Positions 28,225-37,264 of a stretch of DNA of 64,000 nucleotides are shown here, in pieces (the first letter of the stretch is position 1; each line of letters opens with the position of its first letter). The translations under genes were made by a program, and so were the position numbers. The notes beneath the pieces were generated by a model, which was not told the origin of the DNA, did not search any database, and was given only the letters and a program-made list of their open reading frames with translations. The DNA is from a virus. Taxonomy: Duplodnaviria; Caudoviricetes. The stretch spans positions 160,001 through 224,000 of the IMG/VR virus record IMGVR_UViG_3300031993_000004; one strand, written 5' to 3'.

Positions 28225-28731
28225 ATGATTACGCTCGGAATTACGCTCGGTTATGATCTGCAAATCAAAGATCACATGATTTGTGTCAAACGTTCTGAGG
28301 AGAATGCAGAAAACAATGCTTTCGAACTTCATGAGAATGGTATTTTCATGGATGACAGAATCGTTTCCAACGGAACTGGGTTTGCAGATCAAGCCGCGGA
28401 TATCATACGGATCGGATATTACGGTCCGTATGATACTCCTAATTCCGGATATACTGCAGCTGCAACGGGACGAGTCTCGGCAAACTGCATTGTCCATCGC
28501 ATTTTCACTGCGAAAGATTCGACCGGTATTGTCCTCGAGAATTTCCGTCCCGTAGACAGTATCATCCCTGGGGATATGTTGCGTATCCCCAAGGGTGACG
28601 GTCGATACGAATATCGACTCATCATCAGCACAACATCGACGGATGACCGAGGTATTCGAAACCCGCAACAAACATACGGAATGAACAATTCCATTGCAGA
28701 AAATGGAACAGTTGTTCTCGGAACTTGGTAA
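28225..28731 (+). CDS. Hypothetical protein (fibre-associated)
   Basis: RBS GAGGTG; operon position. Confidence 0.7.
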   Translation: MITLGITLGYDLQIKDHMICVKRSEENAENNAFELHENGIFMDDRIVSNGTGFADQAADIIRIGYYGPYDTPNSGYTAAATGRVSANCIVHRIFTAKDSTGIVLENFRPVDSIIPGDMLRIPKGDGRYEYRLIISTTSTDDRGIRNPQQTYGMNNSIAENGTVVLGTW

Positions 28732-28742
28732 GGAGGATTAAA

Positions 28743-29060
28743 ATGATTATCGTTCGATTTAATTTCTCCGAACAATGTTATGATTACGGGATCAATTCTG
28801 TTCGGATTTCACCAGATGAACACAACAACTTCTATCTGGATCCAGTTTCGAATTCGATCAAACTCCATACGATACCAGTCGCTGTGAATAATGAAAACAC
28901 ACCAGGCAACGGTATTGATGGTCAGGTTGATCAACCGATTCCGATCATCCGGATGAACAACTCCGTGAGTAGAAAAGTTGCTGGTGATCCCACAGCATCC
29001 AATGAAGGTGTTATTCTCCCAGATCTGCTGAATGCATACTTCGATAGTCTGGGGGTGTAA
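28743..29060 (+). CDS. Hypothetical protein
   Basis: RBS AGGAGG. Confidence 0.7.
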   Translation: MIIVRFNFSEQCYDYGINSVRISPDEHNNFYLDPVSNSIKLHTIPVAVNNENTPGNGIDGQVDQPIPIIRMNNSVSRKVAGDPTASNEGVILPDLLNAYFDSLGV

Positions 29061-29063
29061 TGA

Positions 29064-29762
29064 ATGGATGTCATATTTAAGAAACCAGAAGGTGGATTTG
29101 AATTCAATGAAGACAATGCGTTGACATTAAAATTCGATCCATCCGTGAGAGTACAGAAGCTCGAATCTGGTATCTATATTCCGAAAGACGGCTTTGGCCA
29201 AGGGCTCGATGGAACGGTCGACAACTGGACAATTGTTCCGCTCATCAATAAAGAAAACAATTCGTATCAAACAAATACGAATGGTCGAAATTTGATTGGC
29301 GTTAATCTGGATCATGTTGTGTGTATCTATTCAATGTCCAGAAAGAAAGTCACCCAGCGGACAATAAACGGTTATCGATGCAGCAATGAAACGAAGACCG
29401 TGCAAGATGTCATGGATGAATTCAATTGTGCAATGGATATCGGAGTTCCACCCGGCCTCCCGTTTACATCGTACAAAATGACACCCGGTGATTTGTTCCA
29501 ATTCAGAGAGGAAGAAAAACCGTGGTTTGCAAAGAACGATGTGAACGGAAATACATGGCCGTGTATGATGGATGACATGAACCGCTATGAAACTCAGGTC
29601 ACGTTGGCGTTGTTTTATGTCACAGAAGTCGAATACAATCTTCCATCCAACAGCTTCTACATGACAAAGTTGTCATTGAAATGCGTTTGGAAAGAAACAA
29701 ACGATAGTAAGTTCGCAGCGTATGATATCGGACAAACGTATACTGCGATTAAATCTATATGA
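29064..29762 (+). CDS. Hypothetical protein
   Basis: RBS GGGGGTG; tightly packed in the operon. Confidence 0.75.
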   Translation: MDVIFKKPEGGFEFNEDNALTLKFDPSVRVQKLESGIYIPKDGFGQGLDGTVDNWTIVPLINKENNSYQTNTNGRNLIGVNLDHVVCIYSMSRKKVTQRTINGYRCSNETKTVQDVMDEFNCAMDIGVPPGLPFTSYKMTPGDLFQFREEEKPWFAKNDVNGNTWPCMMDDMNRYETQVTLALFYVTEVEYNLPSNSFYMTKLSLKCVWKETNDSKFAAYDIGQTYTAIKSI

Positions 29763-29775
29763 AAGGAATGATATC

Positions 29776-31092
29776 ATGGAACAGAAAGAATTTCTAATGG
29801 CCGATTCAATAGGCTTTCATGATAACGCTTCACAGAGTGACAATCACCACTATCTCAGAGGTGTGATTGATATCTCGAAGAGGAATAAGATCACTGGTGA
29901 AGTGAAACACGTTCATCGTGGTACCAACATTATCTCGATCTCCGGTATGCAGTGGATTCTGATGAAAATGTTCGGACTGTATCTGGATGCTCCGCATGCA
30001 GTTTCGTACGAAACACTTGACAAAGATACCAACCTCGTGATTCCGGAGCTGAATCAGTCTACCACGATGGGAATCGGCGTTGTGCCTGACCAGTATTCTG
30101 AGATGAAGGATCCGATTGCACGTGACCACATTGTGCAGGGATTCATGGTCGGCAACGGTGGTGCCGGGGAAGATCAGATGACTACGAAGAATACGAACTA
30201 TGCGTTCATCAATCTTCGTAATCCGATTCCATTCCAACAAACACAGAACTCTTTGCCGAATGAGATTGCTGGAAAATACCTCGGCATCTACAACCGTGTC
30301 GGCGGATCTTCATATTCCAAATCGTATTTCATTAAGCGGTTTGATGAAACCCCACACATCTTCCATTCATGGTGGAAGGATGGGCAGAAGTGGGATTATG
30401 TTGACCCGGTTTCTCAGGATGATCTCGGTCCTGATGCAACCAATATCCCGAAAACAGATCGTATCGAAACATACGTCGAGTGCAAACTCTCGTTGAGTGA
30501 AGACGATTGTATGGCATATTTCCAGCATGATGGATACTCTGAAAATGAGACGCCTGCAATCAATGAACTTGGCCTTGTGGCATTCGATACAACTGTCGAT
30601 GGAGATCGCTCCATCCTGGAGAATCTCTATGTGACACACATCAAAACAATCATCGACATCGCTTTCGACAATAAGCGTCGTGAAGCAGATCCCGCAGTCG
30701 TTGATTATATGAAATCACTCGCATCCGAGGCTGTTGCCGTTCTCGATGAGTATGCTGTTCAGAAATACGACATTGAAACAACACAGCCACAGCTGTATGC
30801 ACTGTATCAGACTCTTGCAACGGTCTCTACAGCTGAAGAAATCGATTTTACCGTGGTACAGGAAGCACTTCAGAGTGTGGACAATATCCATGTCGAAGCT
30901 TTCTATAACCAGTATGGTGATTACCGCAGTGAAACCGATGAGTATTATACCTGCTTGAATGATGAGGCATTCGACCGCGCTGAATCAAATGAAGCACAGC
31001 GAATTAAATTGGTTACGTATTACACGTTCAAACCGATCGCAATCGAAGAGAACTGGGAAACGCTGATCAATTATCGCATTTATGCAAATTAA
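29776..31092 (+). CDS. Putative tail/baseplate structural protein
   Basis: GTNIISISG, FMVGNGG, INELGL and YYTFKPI...INYRIY pattern resembles fibre-attachment/baseplate domains. RBS AAGGAA. Confidence 0.5.
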   Translation: MEQKEFLMADSIGFHDNASQSDNHHYLRGVIDISKRNKITGEVKHVHRGTNIISISGMQWILMKMFGLYLDAPHAVSYETLDKDTNLVIPELNQSTTMGIGVVPDQYSEMKDPIARDHIVQGFMVGNGGAGEDQMTTKNTNYAFINLRNPIPFQQTQNSLPNEIAGKYLGIYNRVGGSSYSKSYFIKRFDETPHIFHSWWKDGQKWDYVDPVSQDDLGPDATNIPKTDRIETYVECKLSLSEDDCMAYFQHDGYSENETPAINELGLVAFDTTVDGDRSILENLYVTHIKTIIDIAFDNKRREADPAVVDYMKSLASEAVAVLDEYAVQKYDIETTQPQLYALYQTLATVSTAEEIDFTVVQEALQSVDNIHVEAFYNQYGDYRSETDEYYTCLNDEAFDRAESNEAQRIKLVTYYTFKPIAIEENWETLINYRIYAN

Positions 31093-31113
31093 CATGAAAG
31101 GATGTGTTGATAC

Positions 31114-31689
31114 ATGCCAACAATCGGTGATGATAATATTTCAAAGCTGATAAATGAAGCGAATGGTCGTACCCGCTCTTTTGTTGCAGAATGCATCAAC
31201 GCATACAAATCAATTCGATGGAAGACGGTATCGTTCATCATCCCGACGGAACCGATACCGTCCCATCGTCCAAGATTATCTGGATATCGAGTATATGTGC
31301 CCGGAGCTGCAAAGAACCAGGCATTCTTCAATAAACATGTTTTACCGACACTGAATGGATTATTCATTACAACACCCTGCAAAATCAAATCTGATATCTT
31401 TGTGAAAACGCCGAAATCGTTTTCTATGGGTCAGAAGATTCTTGCAGAAATGAGAATCCTTCGTCCATGGGGTAATGTTGGTGACGTGGATAACTATGAA
31501 AAGAGTATCTACGACCAAATGCAACCGAACGAGAAGCGTGGACACGTCGGTATTATGTCAAACGATAGTTTGATCATTGAGGCACACACGAACAAATATT
31601 ACTCGATTACACCTCGTACTGAAATCACGATTTCTTTCATGGGGAAGATACCAGAGAAATTGAAGAAAGTCCTTCGCATGCGGGAATAA
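31114..31689 (+). CDS. rusA: RusA-family Holliday junction resolvase
   Basis: PIPSHRPR, GDVDNYEKSIYD (DxDNxxKxxxD), NDSLI and PRTEITI motifs. Confidence 0.85.
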   Translation: MPTIGDDNISKLINEANGRTRSFVAECINAYKSIRWKTVSFIIPTEPIPSHRPRLSGYRVYVPGAAKNQAFFNKHVLPTLNGLFITTPCKIKSDIFVKTPKSFSMGQKILAEMRILRPWGNVGDVDNYEKSIYDQMQPNEKRGHVGIMSNDSLIIEAHTNKYYSITPRTEITISFMGKIPEKLKKVLRMRE

Positions 31690-31710
31690 TACAATAAGGA
31701 GTGATTTCAC

Positions 31711-33531
31711 ATGGCAAAAGCAAAAAGCGATCCAGCATCTACCCCAGTAGATGCTGCCAAGATTGCACAAGGTGTTGCGGACCTTGAATCGGAACGGAAG
31801 AAAGACTGGGCAAAATATTCAGACGAGATTCGTCCATTCCAAAAAGCTGTCAAGGACTTCGAAGGAAGTCTCGACGAAGTAAAAGGCAGCGTTGGCTCAC
31901 TCGGTGGTGAAGTCGGTTCGCTCATTGCGAATACGAAACTGAAGACCAGTGCAACAGCCGGACAGTATCCGACTGCGTCTATTGTTAGACGCGCATCTCG
32001 GAATGTTGTTGAGTTCCCGGTTTTTGTTTCTTCTTCTGTCCCTGTTGATTATGCAACTGCAACGAATGCTCTGCTGGAACAGCTGTATGCCTCGTTCTTG
32101 CAGATGGCAATCTCTCAAAATCCCGTTATTTCTGAGGCAGACGCCAACAGCGGCGACATCTTCAGAAGCATGGGTGTAAAGAGTGACGTTTCCAAGTATC
32201 TGGAATACGTCAGTGATGATATGTTCTATGCACACGATGCATGCCACAATGTTATCACAACTGATGAAGCTGTCGTGGAATTCAACATGCTGTCGATTGA
32301 CAATCGTATTGCAAAGATGATCAATGAAGCAGTTGATCATCAACCTTTGTCTGAATTCGACCATTTCTTCCAGGAAGCGAAAAAGACTCCAACTGAAGCA
32401 GAAGTCATCGAAAGAAGGCTCAAAGACTTGGCTGAAAAAGAGGCCGAGCTTGCAAACATGGAGAAGCGGGACCTTCTCACTCCTGATCAGATGGACACGC
32501 TCGAACATGTCCGCAAAGATATGTCTCAACTCAGAAAAGATCTGAACTCAATCAACAATGAAAAGCGTGCAGCTGCGGCGGCGGAACGTGAAAAGAACAA
32601 ACACGAAGAAGACGAAAAGGATCGGGAAACCAAGCGGAAACGTTCCGAACAGGAAGAGATCAGAGAACGTTTCAAGGCAGCTGATGAAGCCGGTCGTAAG
32701 AACGATCTTGGTGAGGGTTACTGGTATCCGGATCCGGATGGAGAGCCGAAGAAGATGCCGGAAACTCGCCGTGACCGTGACGAGAAGCGTGCTGAAGAAA
32801 AGCTCAAGTATGAGAAGATTACAGCTACACACGCGAAAGCTCCGCAATTCATGGATGAAACCAAGATCAACAAGCTCAACAGCATGAAGCCGTTGATGAT
32901 GACTGTCGGTCTTCGTATCATGTCTGGCGGCAAAGTATCTGATGTCATCGACTATGTCGTCGGTGTTAAGACACATTGCCGTGTAATCGATGCAGAAGTT
33001 CTTCCGGACTTCGCAGAGTATCCGTCCAAGACGATGAACTTCGTTTCCAGAAAAGCGCGTTGGCGTGCTGGTGAGTTGAAGTTCCTGGATTACCTGTTCG
33101 CCAGAAAGGAAAAGAAACAGGCGGCATATGATTCCCGTGATCCGAAGCGTAAGTGGTATCATCGTCTGTATACACTTGCGCATTCCAAGGGAAGTGCAAA
33201 AGCTGCAAAGCGTCTCACCGGTTCTTCTTCTACAGCCGGTCTGATTCCTAATGTCACGATGATTCTCTCCAAGTCTGACGTTGATATGATCGAAGCGACG
33301 AATGGCATCGATCTGCTGAATGGCTCCACTGCAAAGAGGATCTGCAATGAGCTCTTCTTGATTGCAATGGTCGTTATCGATACCGATTCACAATCAGTGA
33401 AGCTGTTGCTTCCGGATACCATGAATGACTATGAGGTTCATTCGATGGCATCTATCAACAAACAACTCGCAACACTGGATTCTTCGAGTGATGTATCGCG
33501 TGAAGTCTCCAAGATGATGCGTGGAAGATAA
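31711..33531 (+). CDS. Putative virion (internal head) protein
   Basis: FFQE-A putative processing site followed by a highly charged insert; high-expression codon usage; RBS AAGGAG. Confidence 0.55.
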   Translation: MAKAKSDPASTPVDAAKIAQGVADLESERKKDWAKYSDEIRPFQKAVKDFEGSLDEVKGSVGSLGGEVGSLIANTKLKTSATAGQYPTASIVRRASRNVVEFPVFVSSSVPVDYATATNALLEQLYASFLQMAISQNPVISEADANSGDIFRSMGVKSDVSKYLEYVSDDMFYAHDACHNVITTDEAVVEFNMLSIDNRIAKMINEAVDHQPLSEFDHFFQEAKKTPTEAEVIERRLKDLAEKEAELANMEKRDLLTPDQMDTLEHVRKDMSQLRKDLNSINNEKRAAAAAEREKNKHEEDEKDRETKRKRSEQEEIRERFKAADEAGRKNDLGEGYWYPDPDGEPKKMPETRRDRDEKRAEEKLKYEKITATHAKAPQFMDETKINKLNSMKPLMMTVGLRIMSGGKVSDVIDYVVGVKTHCRVIDAEVLPDFAEYPSKTMNFVSRKARWRAGELKFLDYLFARKEKKQAAYDSRDPKRKWYHRLYTLAHSKGSAKAAKRLTGSSSTAGLIPNVTMILSKSDVDMIEATNGIDLLNGSTAKRICNELFLIAMVVIDTDSQSVKLLLPDTMNDYEVHSMASINKQLATLDSSSDVSREVSKMMRGR

Positions 33532-33551
33532 TCAGAAAGGAGAGAAACACA

Positions 33552-35900
33552 ATGGCTATTCTGGGCAAGGACAAGGGAAGCCAGAAGAAACTGGATTCCG
33601 CAATGCTCGCGATCAATTCCATGCTCAATGAAATCTATTCGAACAAGTCTTCGGATGAGTATAAGATGAAGGGTGACATTACAAAGTCACCCTCATACTC
33701 TAAGATTGAAGAGATGGTTGTTGATCTGAAAACTCTGAAAGGGTACAGCCAGGTCGATGCTGCTGACATCGGGAAGATGTTCAATACACTGCATCGCCCA
33801 ATCTTCAAAACCATGGTGAAGGAATATATCATGGAACATAACGACAGAAACACTGTATTCACTGCTTTGTTTACTGTCGGCTATCGTCTGCTTGTCGGTG
33901 AACTGACTCGCGTGTTTGCATCCACCACCGCAACGGACAAGGGTGTCGTGTACAAACCTGACAAAGTTTCTCGCAAGTCCGATGCAACCGCTATGATCAA
34001 GCTGTATAATGATCAGCTCGAAGCAAAAATCGACAAATACATCAAGGATGCGAAGGCCTATCCACAAGAGGCTCCTGTCAATGAGTCTATGTTGATTATG
34101 GCTGTTGACGCGATGTATCAGGAAGAGTACATCCAGGAGATGACCAGTCGTCAGAAAGAAGTCATCAAAGGTACTGTTCTTGGTACGATTCTGCTTCCGG
34201 TATCCGTTGGTCTCATGTTTTCTGCCGGCGGCATACCTTTCACCCTCTTGCATCTCATTATGACAGCTGGTCTTGGAGCAGTGGCTGGCGGAAGAGGTCA
34301 AAAGCAAAAACACAAGAACATTGATAAACGCGATGTTGAAATTGTTGACGATATCAAGAATATCGTCGAGTTTCTCAGACAGCGCGCTTCGTCAGATGTC
34401 GAATCGGACATGAAGGAATTCAAGAAACATGTCAAGAATCTCCGTCAGAATTGTTCAGATTCCAAACTCGTTGTTGAGAAAGAGAAACGGCATTTCTATG
34501 CGGATATGAATGAAGCATGTAATGCCGTTCTTAAAGATCTGAAAAAGGACGCTTCGAATGAGGAAGTTATGTCGAACTTCCTTGAGAAGATGGTGGCCCT
34601 TTACGAAGCCATTACCGGAGAAAAGTTTGGTGGTGACTACGCCAACAAAACTGTTCAAGAGTCTGCTGTCGAAGGTGAATTCATTCAGGAGTTCACTCTG
34701 ATCGAACTGATTCTCACTTGTGCGGCAATCGGCGTTGGCTCCTCAATTGTCAGCGGAGCAATTCGCAGACATAAGGACAAGAAAGCGGTCAAAAACCAGG
34801 AGCATGAGAAAGAGATGTATGAACGTCTCAAGAATGTCACAAAACTGATCGAATCAACCAAAGACTTTGCGGTCATGAAGCCTGACTGGAGTTATGATGA
34901 ACCGGATGATGACGGTATGTCAGACACGTTCCATGACTGGTTCGAAGACCAGAATGACTTCAAATACCATTGCGACCGCATCGTTGATGAGCTCGGAAAA
35001 CTCGGTGAAGTTCTGACCTTCTGCAAAGAGAAGAAGACTGCTCTGTATCTTATTCTCCCGCAAGAAACCAAGGACTATACCGAATTCATCTGGGAAATGA
35101 TCGATCCGTTTACTCTGATGAGCATCGACTATGACAAGCAGAAGTTCTATACTGCCGAAGACATCGAACCTGTTAAGAAGGCTTGTGAGGAATTCGAGAC
35201 CAAGACCCGTGAATTCATGGAAAAGGTCAAGGGAGCCTTCCAGGATATCGTCAAAGAAGCTGCCGAAAACCTGGCAGACGATGATGATGATGCTGAGCCT
35301 ATCACTGAAGAAGACAACGATGTCACAAACGATGTTGACGTTGATGCAAGCGGTGATAATGACACCGTTCAGGAAGGTGTGCTCGGTACAATCGCATCCG
35401 GAATGTCTGAGGGAACCAAAACTCTTACCTCAATTGCAGGAAGCCTCACGATCATCGCCGCATCTGTCGGTATTATCGCAGGTCTGTTCAAAGGTATCAA
35501 CAGCTTCTTCAAGGGCATCAACCCTGTGGCAGATGTCAACGCGTTGTTCATGAACTCTTATGAGAGCAAGATCGACAAACTCGCATCTGTTTCCAAACTC
35601 TATGACGAAACCAAGAAGGCATACGAGGAATACATGAAAATTCCGGCAGCTCAGCGTAACAAGAAAGTCGAGAGCAAATATGTCAAGAACATGGAGAAGT
35701 ACAACATCAGTATGCAGAACCTCGCGGCACAAATTGAACACTACAATCAGCGTGCTAAGAAAGAATCTGCAGATGTTGTGAACAACATCGAGACCAGACT
35801 CCCGAACGGAGATGTGAAACCTGCGGAAAAGAAGGTTCCCGCTCCGAATGTGGAGAGTAAGCCCGATGCTCCACAGCAGGATGATGACTTCCAGTTCTAA
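33552..35900 (+). CDS. Putative internal head/ejection polyprotein with hydrophobic modules
   Basis: Repeated (I/V)QE sites, each followed by a hydrophobic Gly/Ala-rich segment. Confidence 0.55.
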   Translation: MAILGKDKGSQKKLDSAMLAINSMLNEIYSNKSSDEYKMKGDITKSPSYSKIEEMVVDLKTLKGYSQVDAADIGKMFNTLHRPIFKTMVKEYIMEHNDRNTVFTALFTVGYRLLVGELTRVFASTTATDKGVVYKPDKVSRKSDATAMIKLYNDQLEAKIDKYIKDAKAYPQEAPVNESMLIMAVDAMYQEEYIQEMTSRQKEVIKGTVLGTILLPVSVGLMFSAGGIPFTLLHLIMTAGLGAVAGGRGQKQKHKNIDKRDVEIVDDIKNIVEFLRQRASSDVESDMKEFKKHVKNLRQNCSDSKLVVEKEKRHFYADMNEACNAVLKDLKKDASNEEVMSNFLEKMVALYEAITGEKFGGDYANKTVQESAVEGEFIQEFTLIELILTCAAIGVGSSIVSGAIRRHKDKKAVKNQEHEKEMYERLKNVTKLIESTKDFAVMKPDWSYDEPDDDGMSDTFHDWFEDQNDFKYHCDRIVDELGKLGEVLTFCKEKKTALYLILPQETKDYTEFIWEMIDPFTLMSIDYDKQKFYTAEDIEPVKKACEEFETKTREFMEKVKGAFQDIVKEAAENLADDDDDAEPITEEDNDVTNDVDVDASGDNDTVQEGVLGTIASGMSEGTKTLTSIAGSLTIIAASVGIIAGLFKGINSFFKGINPVADVNALFMNSYESKIDKLASVSKLYDETKKAYEEYMKIPAAQRNKKVESKYVKNMEKYNISMQNLAAQIEHYNQRAKKESADVVNNIETRLPNGDVKPAEKKVPAPNVESKPDAPQQDDDFQF

Positions 35901-35907
35901 GAAAGAA

Positions 35908-35937
35908 GAGAGCGGGGCTTCGGCCCCGCTCTTTTTT
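35908..35937 (+). terminator. Intrinsic terminator
   Basis: GAGCGGGG-CTTCGG-CCCCGCTC followed by a T tract. Confidence 0.9.
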
Positions 35938-35982
35938 ATTCTTTTTATTTACAGATATTTATATGGTTGATCTGGAAAGGAT

Positions 35983-36414
35983 GTGATTGTTTTGAAACTG
36001 AAATTCGTTGTAAACGACATCGCATCTCTACTCGTTGATTTCTATATAAAGATGACAGGTCACAATCAGTCAGCATCAAAACGATCAATCATGAATTTGC
36101 ATATGAAACAGGCAATCACGTCTACATATGAATATGCATATGAGGATCTCGATGAAGTTTGGCAGATTGACGTATACAATCTAAATACCTATACTTATGA
36201 ATTAAACCATGACGTTGAATATGACCCGCAGCAAATGCGTGATGTTGTGGAACAGATTCAGTGTCGGTTAGATAGCATATTGGATCATATATTACAAACT
36301 GATGGAATCCCAGATTACGACAGACCTTTCATCGGGATCTGCTGTGTTCCATTTGATGGCATAAGCATCACAATACGCGATATCATCAGCTTGCTAGATA
36401 TTGATTGTATGTGA
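35983..36414 (+). CDS. Hypothetical protein
   Basis: RBS AAGGA before GTG; fills the intergenic space. Confidence 0.65.
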   Translation: MIVLKLKFVVNDIASLLVDFYIKMTGHNQSASKRSIMNLHMKQAITSTYEYAYEDLDEVWQIDVYNLNTYTYELNHDVEYDPQQMRDVVEQIQCRLDSILDHILQTDGIPDYDRPFIGICCVPFDGISITIRDIISLLDIDCM

Positions 36415-36429
36415 TTGCGATACTATAAT
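36401..36429 (+). promoter_or_regulatory. Possible host sigma-A promoter
   Basis: TTGATT-N17-TATAAT upstream of 36448. Confidence 0.45.
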
Positions 36430-36447
36430 AGAAAGAAGTGAGTAGAA

Positions 36448-36642
36448 ATGAAACGACCAATCGTTATTAAGGATTACAAAGGAAAGGAAATCGCACAGCA
36501 GTTGTGCGCAACGGAAACTGATATATTGACATATATCGCAAAAGGCTTTACCGTGATCGATAGACGGAGCGGTGAAATTATTCAGGAATCTGATGTGACT
36601 GATACTGTTGGCATCGCTGATGGCGATATGATCATGGGCTAA
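36448..36642 (+). CDS. Small hypothetical protein
   Basis: 64 aa with natural composition; promoter-like sequence upstream. Confidence 0.65.
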   Translation: MKRPIVIKDYKGKEIAQQLCATETDILTYIAKGFTVIDRRSGEIIQESDVTDTVGIADGDMIMG

Positions 36643-36656
36643 AAAATATTTTTATT

Positions 36657-36686
36657 TTGAACACATATATCATTCACGTGTATAAT
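36657..36686 (+). promoter_or_regulatory. Phage early promoter motif overlapping a sigma-A-like promoter
   Basis: ACACATATATCATT-CACG-TG (36661-36680) and also TTGAAC-N18-TATAAT. Confidence 0.6.
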
Positions 36687-36750
36687 CAGGGAGATATTGT
36701 GCGGTATCGCCCAGATTGTATATATCAAAAATTTAAAGGAGGAAATCCAA

Positions 36751-37167
36751 ATGGCAACCAACAAAGTGGCCAGCACACCCGCATGGGTAGCATATGGCAA
36801 CGCCAAGCTTCAGGCAGCGGCGAAAGCAGACTTCAAGAAGAATATCGGAAAGCTCGGATATCCGACTAAGGAAGAGGTCGCAGGCGGTATCGTTGATAAC
36901 GCTACCCTGGACATCTCCAACACACTGGCAGCAATTCCGGAGTCCATCTCTGGTTACATGCACGATGAGAAGCGTGCATTTGCTCTGCCGGCACCGGATA
37001 AGAAGACTGCACCTGCAACGATCAAGGTCGCAGCAATTCCGAAGAAGACCAAGACCGGTGTGTCTACTCTCGGCCAGAACAAGGGTCAGACCTACACCAC
37101 CACCGTCGAGGCTCATGAGGAGCCGAAGATCAAGGCAAACCGCAGCACCTTCAAATCTACGAAGTAA
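36751..37167 (+). CDS. Small basic, probably abundant protein; possible HU-like DNA-binding protein
   Basis: Lys/Ala/Thr-rich, strong codon bias, RBS AAGGAGG. C-terminal TIKVAAIPKKTKTG...TTTVEAHEEPKIKA resembles an HU beta-arm. Confidence 0.45.
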   Translation: MATNKVASTPAWVAYGNAKLQAAAKADFKKNIGKLGYPTKEEVAGGIVDNATLDISNTLAAIPESISGYMHDEKRAFALPAPDKKTAPATIKVAAIPKKTKTGVSTLGQNKGQTYTTTVEAHEEPKIKANRSTFKSTK

Positions 37168-37207
37168 GATTAGGGTCCTTGCTTCGTAAGACAAAGATCT
37201 GACAATT

Positions 37208-37235
37208 TGGTATGGGGGCTTCGGCCCCCATATCA
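37208..37235 (+). terminator. GC hairpin (terminator or stabiliser; weak U tract)
   Basis: TGGTATGGGGGC-TTCG-GCCCCCATATCA. Confidence 0.65.
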
Positions 37236-37264
37236 TCTCACAATTTTATTCTGGAGGATTTAAT

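Noticed and set aside
35951-35970. Fourth copy of the early promoter motif (ACAGATATTTATAT)
   Set aside because: The position is plausible but the match to the core is too poor to list as a feature.
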